Shown: positions 41,021-52,239 of the stretch, in pieces
How the letters are laid out: each line of letters begins with the position of its first letter
Position numbering within the stretch: position 1 is the stretch's first letter
Assembly (NCBI RefSeq): GCF_001194135.2
Contig: NC_068989.1
Location: 41,793,711-41,857,710, forward strand
Origin: Octopus bimaculoides
Lineage: Eukaryota
Reading direction: 5' to 3'
DNA: 64,000 nucleotides
The notes under the pieces: model-generated
Database searches by the model: none
Seen by the model: the letters and a program-made list of their open reading frames with translations, nothing else
Told to the model about the DNA's origin: nothing
Program-made: the position numbers and the translations under genes

Positions 41021-41409
41021 ATATGTTTGACTTTTGCTTTGTATTTGTACAAGTTGACTTCAAGTCTTACCCAGAGAACTGAAGAGACAAGTTAGAAATT
41101 CAAGTTGGTGCTATGACTAGAGCTCCATAAATTTGGCTTTGCACAAAGTATAGTTTTAAAATTTGGGATTAGATAAACAGTATTTTACGTAGGATATGGG
41201 CAGTTCCCATGAGCACTATTTTTTGAATTTCTGCCATTTTTGGATTTCATGATATCTGAGCTAGGTAGCAATCAGCCCCTTTTGCTATCATTCCCAGGGC
41301 ACCTATAACAACAGGTATTGTTTTAGTTTTCAGGTTCCACATTTTGCCAATTTCTGTTTCAAGATCTTTATACTTGCTCAGTTTTTGGTAGGTCTTGACA
41401 GATAGATTT
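41021..41409 (-). pseudogene. 5'-truncated RLE non-LTR retrotransposon (R4/Dong-like) C-terminus plus 3' UTR
   Basis: Translates NLSVKTYQKLSKYKDLETEIGKMWNLKTKTIPVVIGALGMIAKGADCYLAQIS*NPKMAEIQKIVLMGTAHILRKILFI* (stop 41171-41169). Flanked on both sides by (ATT/TAA)n. Confidence 0.88.
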
Positions 41410-41974
41410 ATTATTATCATAATAATAATAACAATAATAATAATAATAATAACTTTTATTATTATTATTCTGCTAAGGTCAACTTAACCTCTCATCCTTC
41501 TAAGGTTAATAAAATGAAGTAACAGTCGAACACTGTGGTTAATCTAATTAACTGTACCACATCCATCAAATTTCTCATCTTGTATTTCTGTTAGAAATAA
41601 TTAATCTAAAGGGTGGTGGACTAGTTCAAGTATTAGAGTGTTAGATAAAATGCAATGCAGTATTTCATTTGGTTCCTTACGTTCTGAAATCAAATCTTAC
41701 CAAGGTCAAATTTGCCTTTCATCTTATCAGGGTCACCACCACCACCACCACCACCACCATCTTATCATCCACTTTTCCATACTTGCATCAGTCAGACAGA
41801 ATGTATTGAAGCAGATTTTCTATGCCGAGATGCCCTTAAGTCCAGACTTGCTTTTACAGAAGAATGGAAATGAATAACCCTGCTTGCATGATGGTGATAC
41901 TCACTTATAACCCCATCACATGATATTAACACATGGAGACATAAACACATTCACATGCACACACACATGTATAT

Positions 41975-42281
41975 ACTGATGCAAGTATGGAAAAGTGGAT
42001 GATAAGATGATGGTGGTGGTGGTGGTGGTGACCCTGATAAGATGAAAGGCAAATTTGACCTTGGTAAGATTTGATTTCAGAAGGTAAGGAACCAAATGAA
42101 ATACTGCATTGCATTTTGATACTGTTTATCTAATCCCAAATTTTAAAACAATACTTTGTGCAAAACCAAATTTATGGAGCTCTAGTCATAGCACCAACTT
42201 GAATTTCTAACTTGTCTCTTCAGTTCTCTGGGTAAGACTTGAAGTCAACTTGTACAAATACAAAGCAAAAGTCAAACATAT
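41975..42281 (+). repeat. Inverted near-identical copy of 41647-41792 joined to an inverted copy of 41021-41183
   Basis: Direct reverse-complement match: 2 substitutions in 163 bp for one block, and 1-2 substitutions plus a CAC-repeat length change in the other. Confidence 0.92.
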
Positions 42282-42291
42282 NNNNNNNNNN

Positions 42292-42333
<42 letters not shown>

Positions 42334-43196
42334 CTACAATGGGTTTGCTTCTTTCTGTTTCCATCTACTGAATTCACTCACATGGCTTTGGTCAACCTGG
42401 AGCTACAGAAGCTAAAGTAAAAGACACATATTCAAGGTGTCATGCAGTGGAACTGAACATCAAACCAAGTCATTGGGAAACAAACTGCTTGACCACACAG
42501 CCACACCTGCACCTATCAATAAAATAGGTGACCAGTCAAGCACTGGGATTAATGTAACTGACAAAGCTTCTTCATCAAAACTGCTAGCTTGTGCCTTAAC
42601 CTTTAGCATTTAAACTGGCCATATCCAGTCCAAATATTCCACCTGTTTTATGTTCAAACTGTCAAGATTTGGCCTCTCACACCTACCCAACAATGTCATT
42701 CTAAAAATATACAATCACATCATTCAAATCTTAAAGCTATAAGATATCGCATGATTAACCCTTTAGTGTTTAAACCGACATTATCTGGCCCAGATATTCT
42801 ACCTGTTTTATATTCAAACTGGCAATATCTAGCCTCTCACACCTAACCTACATTGACATTCTAAAAATGAACAATCACATCATTGAAACCTCAAAGCTAT
42901 AAGATATTGCATGATTAATTCAAAACAACATGAATAAATAAGTGTTAAATTTGACAGAATAATCTGAATGCTAAAGAATTAATCAGTTAGAATTACTAAT
43001 TGTATTAGTATTATCATTAATTTAATAGAATTTAATTAGAGACTAGTAAAATAATAGCATAATAGTTGAAACATCTCTGATCATATCATAGGCCTACTAA
43101 ACCAATGATGACCTAGGGTTGAATAACAACAAAAATCCAAAAATGCAAGAAAAGAAAAATAACAAAAACAATGCAAAAAGAACTAGTTAAACTTAC

Positions 43197-43238
43197 TCTT
43201 TTTCTCAGTGTTTGTGATGGATGAAGAGAACAACCCAT
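43197..43238 (-). CDS. Probable first coding exon, MGCSLHPSQTLRKR
   Basis: ATG at 43238 in strong context (actATGG), 14 codons, then AGA|gtaagt donor in phase 0, matching the phase-0 acceptor at 34012. The joined N-terminus is MGCSLHPSQTLRKRERRRMASS. The link to the 34012 exon is inferred from phase and plausibility only. Confidence 0.6.
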
Positions 43239-43499
43239 AGTTGTTTCGTTGAAAGATTGGAAAGAGAATTGAAAATATCCAGTTAATAGATTGACTGACT
43301 GATCATTAATAGTCTGTGCCAAAAATCAAAGATTGATGATATGAGTATCGGGTAGTGAACCATTGATCTCTGTGGCTGTATTGAGTGTTGATCAAAAGCA
43401 GAATACAAGTCAACAGTATGACTGATGATTGCTCTCTGCTGTAAATGTGACTGTATCACTCCTTAGATGTTGCTTCATTGACAACAAGCTCAAGAGTGA

Positions 43500-43690
43500 C
43501 AACTGACTGAATTTGATTTTGGGCTTGTGAGAAAAGATTGGAAGTGCAATATCAAGGTTAAACAAAACACATGACCTCGGTGGCCTGTAATTGGCTGAGC
43601 CAAAATCGGATATGACATATGACCACAGCAAGTTGTAGTAGAGAGAACAATAAGAAAACGGTTTCAATGAAACAAAGTGACACGTGAGGA
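43500..43690 (-). promoter_or_regulatory. Putative core promoter of the SAM gene
   Basis: Non-repetitive DNA upstream of the MGC exon. Inr-like TCAGTCAGTT at 43510-43501, AGCCAAT box at 43596-43590 (about 85 nt upstream of it), and E-box CACGTG at 43681-43686. Short motifs only. Confidence 0.35.
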
Positions 43691-44551
43691 AAGTTTCACC
43701 TTGAAGAAAAACCTAAGATATTCCCAGGGAATTGAGGTAGTCTTTTGATGAAAATAGCTTGGGCTGAGATAAGAGAGAGAAGTGGGGAGGTGAAAGAAAA
43801 GGTAGAGTGAAAGAGAAGGGAGGGAAGAGAAAGAGAAATTTCAACTTAACTAGTCATACAAGGGCAGTGTGTGTGTGTGTGTGTGTGCGTATACTGATGT
43901 ATGCTTGATGCTCTGCTTCTGTTTTCATTCCACTTATAAACACACAACAAACAGAGAAGAAGAAAAACTCAAATATATTATGAAATAAAAACAAAAATGC
44001 ATCCCTTTGTATCTGGTCACTTCAAACTCAATCATCGCACTTGATTCTTACTGTTCTCTAGAACAATTCCACTGCAGTATGTGTGTGTGTGTGTGTGTGT
44101 GTGCGTCATTTCTAGTTTCTCAATCATCCACCCATACAAAGTACATGTTAATCCATAGACGCACCAGAAAAGAAGACAAGACTTTGGAGAGAAGATACAG
44201 GCTTGGAAATATACTAAAAGAACCTGCCTGCAAAAAAGATATCCTAACACATTTTGCTCTCTGGAAGAGAAATGTGATTTCTCTATAGAGAACGAATTTC
44301 ATTGAAGTAAGAAATCTGGGTTTTTCTACAGAATCAAAGACAAGGTTATTACTCTTTTTCTTTTTTTTTTTTTTTTTTAATAATCCATAATTATATAGGC
44401 ACAAGTGTGGTAAGAAGCTTATTTCCTAACCATATGGTTTGGGGTTCAGTGCCACTGCGTGACACCTTGAGCAAGTGTCTTCTACTATAGCCATGGGCTG
44501 ACCAAAGCCTTGTGAGTGGATTTGGTAGATAGAAACTGAAAGAAGCCAGTC

Positions 44552-44585
<34 letters not shown>

Positions 44586-45239
44586 CTGCATGTGTGTCTG
44601 TACCCCCTGCTTGACAACTGGTGCTGGTGTGTTTACATCCCCATAACTTAGCGGCTTGGCAAAAAAGACCTATAAAATAAGTACCAGGCCTTAAAAAAAA
44701 TAAATTAGTACAAAGGTCAATACATTCAACTAAAGTTTCTTGAAGGCAGTGCTCCAGCATGGCTGCAGTCTAATGACTGAAACAAACAAAAGATGGAAAA
44801 ATAAAAGCTAACTTTATTTTTGTTTTTTTTCCATATCATAGCAAAAGAGATGTCAAGAAAGTAAAACTCTTGGCTGAAGCAAGAGCAACAAAGAATACAT
44901 AGTTAAATGCTCAAGCTTATGGCTTCACAATTATCATCATTTTACATCTGTTTTCCATGTCAGCATGGGTTAGCTGGGTCATCATAGTCTGAGTCATTCA
45001 TTATTGGGAGCCACAGTTACCATACACTGGTGCTCATACATGTAATTCGGTCTGATTTCTATGGTTAGATCTCTTTTCTATCATTTTATAGAGAGTACTG
45101 GGAGCATTTTGTCAAGGCTCTAGCAATAGAGATATGTCTAAGCCCTTAATGAGACAGGATTAAAAGGAACCTCATAGCTGTATGCTTTCTCTGCCCATTT
45201 GACAGCCCCATTTCAGTGTGTACAAGGTGGACTTTTGCT

Positions 45240-45890
45240 GAAGAGTTTCGGATCACGACGCCCACATAAACTGGATTTTCTCTGCTTTGACGAGAATGTT
45301 TCCAATTTTTTTTTTCACCACGGCCTTTGAAATAACAAGGGGCATTTTTTATTAATGAAAATTTATGGGTTTTTTTTTTCACCTTAACCCATCACCACCC
45401 CATCCAGACTGATTTTGGTCAATTTTTCTGGCACTATGCACTTAAAAACAATGGTAGAAGAGAAGTCTTTTCAGTAAAAAAAAAGAATTGTAAATATTTT
45501 CAAATGAAAAGATGTGTGATTTAAGTGAGATTTGACTTGTTTCTAGCACATCTCATGACCACCTTCCTCATTTCTTTGTTGCTCTCACCCAAATCTTTCT
45601 TAAATCACACACATATCTGAAAATATCTACAAATCTCTTTTTCTTACCAAAAGGCTTCCCCCATGGTTTTTAAGTAAAAAGTGCCAAAATAATTCGCAAA
45701 AATCAGTCCAGAGCAGGTTGTGGAAAAAGAAAAAAAAATTTTCAATCTTTTTTTTCATAAAAAGATGCCCCTTCTCTATCATTTTAAAGGTTGTGGCAAA
45801 AAAAAAAAAAAAAGAAAAGGTTGGAAAATTCCCTGTCAAAAATGAAGAAAATCCAACTTATGTGGGTGTCTTGATCCAAAACTCTGCTGA
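45240..45890. repeat. Old foldback inverted repeat with arms of about 300 bp
   Basis: 45240-45535 pairs imperfectly with 45591-45890, e.g. CCATTGTTTTTAAGT..GTGCCA..AAAATCAGTC and TTATGTGGG.GTC.TGATCC.AAACTCT. Confidence 0.75.
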
Positions 45891-46560
45891 CCTTTCATGG
45901 CACCAATATTTAAAAAAAGTTGTTATGCTCATCAGTCCCTCTAGAGATGGCTTATCTATTTTTTCTTTACCTTACCTAATGCCCCTATTATTATTGGTAC
46001 AATTTTCACTTTCANNNNNNNNNNNNNNNNNNNNNNNNNNNNNNNNNNNNNNNNNNNNNNNNNNNNNNNNNNNNNNNNNNNNNNNNNNNNNNNNNNNNNN
46101 NNNNNNNNNNNNNNNNNNNNNNNNNNNNNNNNNNNNNNNNNNNNNNNNNNNNNNNNNNNNNNNNNNNNNNNNNNNNNNNNNNNNNNNNNNNNNNNNNNNN
46201 NNNNNNNNNNNNNNNNNNNNNNNNNNNNNNNNNNNNNNNNNNNNNTCACTTTCATGGCACCAATATTATAAAAGCTGTTATGCTCATCAGCCCCTCTAGA
46301 GATGGCTTATCTATTTTTTTCTTTACCTTACCTAATGCCCCAATTATTATTGGTACAATTTTCACTTTCATGGCACCAATATTATAAAAGTTGTTATGCT
46401 CATCAGTCCCTCTAGAGATGGCTTATCTATTTTTTCTTTACCTTACCTAATGCCCCTATTATTATTGGTACAATTTTCACTTTCACACCCCTTGTCTTAA
46501 ATATTTTCAAGATCTCTGTATTATGACTATTTTTGCTCGTCTTTTAGGGTAATATCTTGG
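45891..46560 (-). repeat. 115-116 bp minisatellite derived from an RLE retrotransposon C-terminal fragment
   Basis: Three sequenced units (45891, 46246, 46362) around a 231-N gap. The unit encodes KVKIVPIIIGALG on the minus strand, and the unique flank continues with YRDLE. Confidence 0.85.
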
Positions 46561-46579
46561 TTAGAAGGGATTGTAATGT

Positions 46580-47230
46580 CTCTTGCCAAGGTCAACTTTG
46601 CTTTTCATTCTTTTGGGTTTGATAAAATGAAGTACTAATTAAGTACTACAGTCAATGTAATTGATTAGCCCCACTTCCCTCAAAATTACTGGCCTTCTGC
46701 CTAAATCAGAAACTAACATTCTTACTATTATTAAGCTGTCAGAACTGTTAGCATGCTGGGTGAAGTGCATAGTGGTGTTTCATTCTGCTTTACATTCTGA
46801 GTTCAAATTCCACCAAGGTCAACTTTGCCTTTCATCCTTTCTGGGTTGATAAAATAAGTACCATTTGACCACTGGGATCAATGTAATTGACTAGCCTCCT
46901 CCCCTAAAATTTCAGGCCTTGTGCCTAGAGTAGAAACGATAGGGCATTAACACACTGGACAAAATCATTAACACACTGGACAAAAAGCTTAGTGACTGTT
47001 CTTCTGGTTCTTTATGTAATGAGTTCAAATCCCACTGAGACCAATTATGCCTTTTACCCTTTTAGGGGTCAATGAATAAATGCAAGGTAAGTACTTAAAA
47101 ATGATGGCCTTATGCCAAAATTTGAAACAATTATCACTACAGCAGCAAGCTGGCAGAAAGATTAGTGTGTTGGACAAAATGCTAAGTGGCAGTTCTTCAG
47201 ACTCTATGTTTGGAGTTCAAATTGCAGCAA
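46580..47230 (+). mobile_element. Cluster of SINE family B copies
   Basis: Repeated CTGAGTTCAAAT..CAC..AGGTCAACTTTGCCTTTCATCC bodies. Further clusters at about 47650-47850+, 51270-51690+ and 52460-53085-. Confidence 0.75.
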
Positions 47231-50200
47231 TGTTAATTTTGCCTTTCATCTCTTCAGTATTCATCATCATTAACATTTAATGTCCATTTTCCTTGCTGGC
47301 ATAGGTTGGACAGCTTGACAGGAAGTGGCAAGGCCAGGGACTGCACTAGGTTCCATAGTCTGTTTTGGCTTGGTTTTTACAGTTGGATGCCCTTCCAAAT
47401 ACCAACCACTCTACAGAGTGTACTGGGTGCTTTTTATGTGGCACCAGCACCAGTGCATTTTATGTGGCACCAGTGCATTTTATGTGGCACCAGCACCCAC
47501 ACCAATGCTTTTTATGAAGCACCTTGGTTTTAAAGTACCAGTTAAATACTGGAGTTAATGTAAGTGACTAACCCCTCCCACTAAGACTGCGGGCTTTGTC
47601 CCAAAATCTGAAATAACTATAATTGCAATAATAATCATTACCATTGCAAGTGGATTGGTAGAATTGTTAGTGTCAGAAAAAAATGCTTATTTTGGCTCTG
47701 TACATTCTGAGTTCAAATCCCACCAAAGTTAACTTTAACTTTCATCCTTTCAAGATTGATAAAATAAAATACCAGTCAAATGTCAGGGTCAATATAATCA
47801 ACTAAAGACCTTCCCCTCAAAACAGTTGGCCTTGTACTTAAACTAGAAACAATTATTTTCATTGCTGTAGATTAGAAGATAAAAAGGTATACAAGTGACA
47901 AAACCAAAGTTTATCTAACTCATTACATTTAGTTAATTATGTCATTAGAAGCGTATAATCTTCATAAATATTTAATGCTATTGCTTGTAATGTATTCACC
48001 TGTTTTTATGGCAACACACAAGACAGTGAATTTTCCAAGGTTTACAAACATATAACCTGCAGACCAAATCTATTTCATGGCAATGTTCAGTCTGTCCTCT
48101 GTTCCAGCTCAATTTTTAAAATAAAAGTTATTTTTATTATTATCTTTAACTTTAAAACGTTCTGCAAAATATACATTGCTTGCTTTTACTTGTTTCAGTC
48201 ATTAGACTGCAGCCATGCTGGGGCACCGCCTTGAAGAGATTTTAGTTGAATGAATTGACCTCAATACCTTTTTTTTTTAAGGCCTGGTACTTATTCCATT
48301 GGTCTCTTTTGCAAGGACATAAACAAACCAACACAGGTTGTCAAGTGGTGGTGGGAGACAAGCAAAAACAAACACACACACGGTGGGCTTCATTCAGTTT
48401 CGGTCTACCAAGTCCACTCACAAGGCTTTGGTTGGCCCAAGGCTATAGTAGAAGACACTTGCACAAAGTGCCACACAGTGAGACTGAACCTAGAACCATA
48501 TGATTGGGAAGCAAGCTTCTTACCAAACAGCCACATCTGGGCCTATAATGTATAGAGACTTGGAAAATTTCCAACATAATTCTTTCATGGTAAAGACTAT
48601 GAGTCATTAGCTTAAGGGTTAATTCTCATCAAGAAAGGGAAAGGAGGCAACCCTTATATTGTAATTGATTATAAATAAAATACTCAGTGTCCAAACTCAC
48701 CCATGCAGCCCACAAAGCGCCTCCCAGCCTGCAAACCTACCCTTCTAGCCAGCAACCTTACCCTTTGAACCAGTGAACATACTCTTCCTGCTAGTGACAG
48801 AACCTACCCTTCCAGGGAGTGAATTTACCCACCCAGCCTTGTGAAACAATCCACCTACCATCTTCAATTCTCTGTCCCTATTTCCGTTATATGCACCATC
48901 TTATACCTTGAGGGCATGCCTTGACACCTAATCACAACCAGCCTGACTCCCTTTCCTGCTAGAAGAGTCAGGTATCTCCTCCACAGCAGAACACTTGTCC
49001 CTGTCACTCTATCATACTTTAGCTTCTCTATACCCAGCACAAAGCAATTTCAATACTGTCAAGGTGTCTCACTCTGTCAAGGTGTCTCGTCATGCAAGTT
49101 CCTTAGTGATCTCACTAGTGCTGCTACTGTGAAGAAAAGCAGCCATTACACACTGTAAAATGGTTGGCATTAGAAAAGGCATTCCAGCTTTAGGAACCAT
49201 ACTGAAGGAGTACCTAAGTCCAACACAATGCTTTGGTTTGTCAGACCCTTTTATCGAACCATCCAATTCATGCCATCATGGAAAACGGATGTTAAATGAT
49301 AATGATGACGATGATGGCATTATGCTAAAACTTCCTTAAAAAGACTCAGATTTTGCTTTGACCCTTTAACATTTAAACTGGCCATTTCCAGCCAAAATAT
49401 TCTGCTTGTTTTATGTTTAGACTGGTCAGATCCAGTTTCTCACATCTACCCTACATTGTCAGTCCCAAAATAAACAAGCCCCATCATTGAAATCTCAAAG
49501 CTATGAGATAATGCATTATTAAATTCAGAGTAATGCGAATAAATAAGCTTTACATTTGAGAGCAATCTGAATGCTAAAGGGTTAAGACCATGAAATAGTC
49601 AATCTCTGAACAACTACTCACCTGCTACAAAGGTCAAGTGAGACTCACATTAAAAAAGACTGTTTACATCCATAGAATAGTGGTGGTGTGACAGACATGC
49701 TAGAACACACATTAATATATACATATGTATATAATGTACTGTTTCATGATGGTAAGATCAACAGAAAAAAAAAAAACTCCATCTGGTAAGCGATAAATAT
49801 CATTTAATAGACACAATACATGTTTATATGTGCTACTAATAGTTTCATATGTTGAGAAATACTACAAACACATTCATCAGGCACAAAACACATAACCATA
49901 ATGAACTAAAAATTGAATGAGAGAAGAAACGCAAAAAGTTGAGAAGGAAGCATGTAGAAAACATTGAAAGTTAAAAAACGGAAAACGAACACACCAACAC
50001 ACTGCAACTTCTGACCCATAAACACATTGTTATTCTTTTTGTTTTCGCCCATTTCTTTTCTAAACATCTCTCTAGCAGCATATGGAGTCTTCATCCAACC
50101 CTAACAAATGTATCCTATTCCTCTACTTTCTTCAACCCCGCTGTGTCTTATCATCCAAACTTCACACTGAAGATTTTTTTGCATAAGTGCAAAACACCCC

Positions 50201-50475
50201 ATCCCACCACCACCACCACCACACACACTTCTTCAAGAATTCCCTTCCCAATTCAAAGTCTTTCTATACAAGTTGAAACTGAACAATCAACCACACCAGA
50301 CTCCCACCTCTTCCAGGTGTAAGAAGGCCCACAGAGATTATGGACACACCTCTGCAGACTTGAGTATTAACAAAATTTTTTTTAAAGTACTGATAAAATG
50401 CATTTAGTCTGGTGCCTAACCAGTTTGGGGGAAAAACAAAAAAAAAACCTGAAATATAAACATATATAAAATATG

Positions 50476-50520
<45 letters not shown>

Positions 50521-50848
50521 CTTTGTTTCTGATCCCCCCACAATTGCCTGACAACTGATGCTGGTGTGTTTACGTCCCTGTAACTTAGCAGTTCGGCAAA
50601 AGTGACCGATAGAATAAGTACTAAGCTTACAAAGAATAAGTCTTGGGGTTGATTTCTTTGACAAAAAATCCCTTTAAAGCAGTGCTCCAGCATGACTGTA
50701 ATCCAAAAATGACTGAAACAAGTAAAAGAGTGTGTGTGTGTGTATGTATATATACTCTCTCTTTCCTTTCCTGAGCGTCCAATAATACTATCCATATCAC
50801 GTCCTCACTTTGTTGTTTTTTTGTTTTTTTGTTATTGTTTTTTTTAAC

Positions 50849-50912
<64 letters not shown>

Positions 50913-51920
50913 TACATATATATATATATATGTACAAATATACAGGCACACACACACACACATAAAACAATCTGATTAATTTTCCAGATTCTTCTTTAAA
51001 ATATTGTTTTAGACATTTTGATTCAGTCAAAAAAGAAGCTCCTTTAAATTCTTCTAAAATATCCAAGTGCCTCACCCACCCATCGTTGCCACACGAACAG
51101 CCCTGTGGAGTTAATGAACTGAAGAGTAGGTACTTCTTTTGAACATAATGGCTTTTCTATACACCAACCTACATAGCAAGAGTGCAACTGTGTATGTATG
51201 TTTGTGCCAATAAGCATGTGTACATGTGTGTTAATGATAAAGTATGTTTTTGTTATTAACGTGTCAAAGACACATGCTTAGCAGCAATTTTCTAGCTCTT
51301 TACATTCTGAGTTCAAATACCGCCACGGTCAACATTCCCTTTCATCCTTATGAGATAGATGAAAATAAAAGAACCAGTCAAATACTGGGTGTGATGCAAT
51401 CAACTTACCCCTCCGCTAAAAATTCCTGGCCTTGTGCCAAAATTTGAAACCATTATTATCATTGTTATTAATAAGGCAGCAAGCTGGCAGAATTGTTAGC
51501 ATGCCAAGCAAAAACTTAGTGGTATTTCATCTGTCTTCACATTCTGAGTTCAAATTCCGCTGTGGTTAACTTTGCCTTTTATCCTTTCAGAGTCGATAAA
51601 ATAGGCACCAGTTCAGTACTGAGGGTGAGGTAATTGACTATCTCCCTCCTCCAAAATTACTAGCCTTTGTACCTTTAGTCGAAAGGATTATCATTATTAT
51701 TATTTTGTCTTTGCACAGTTTCTAACGCTGGAGATGTACTATGGTGTCAACTGTGCACTGCCAGTGAACTAAGGTAACACCCCTTATTTTTTGAGCACCA
51801 TCCAGAGTATTCAAGTGGTTCCAAGCAGTGCTGTTTTCTGCAAGTGCTCCACCCTTATTGCAGCCCCTATTTGTTCCATGTACATCTCAAGACATTTACT
51901 CGACTGTTACCAGAGCTCCG

Positions 51921-51965
<45 letters not shown>

Positions 51966-52027
51966 TAAAGCAGAATTGTTAGCACACTCGGTGAAATGCT
52001 TAGCAGTATTTCGGCTGCTGCTATGTT

Positions 52028-52239
52028 CTGAGTTCAAATCCCACTGTGGTTGACTTGGCTGAGTTCAAATTCCACTGCAGTCGACTTTGTTGAGTTCAAA
52101 TTCCACTGCGGTTGACTTTGTTCGAGTTCAAATTCCGCTGTGGTCAACTTTGCTGAGTTCAAATTCCGCCGTGGGCGACTTTGTTGAGTTCAAATTCCAC
52201 TGCGGTCAAGTTCGCTGAGTTCAAATTCCACTGCAGTCG
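52028..52239 (+). repeat. Seven tandem 31-bp units from the B-box arm of SINE family B
   Basis: Units start at 52028, 52059, 52090, 52121, 52153, 52184 and 52215; consensus YTGAGTTCAAATTCCRCYGYGGTCRACTTTG. Confidence 0.92.

Noticed and set aside
52028-52239. CRISPR-like array of about 31-bp repeats
   Set aside because: Units are directly adjacent with no unique spacers, derive from a SINE, and lie in a eukaryotic context with no cas genes.
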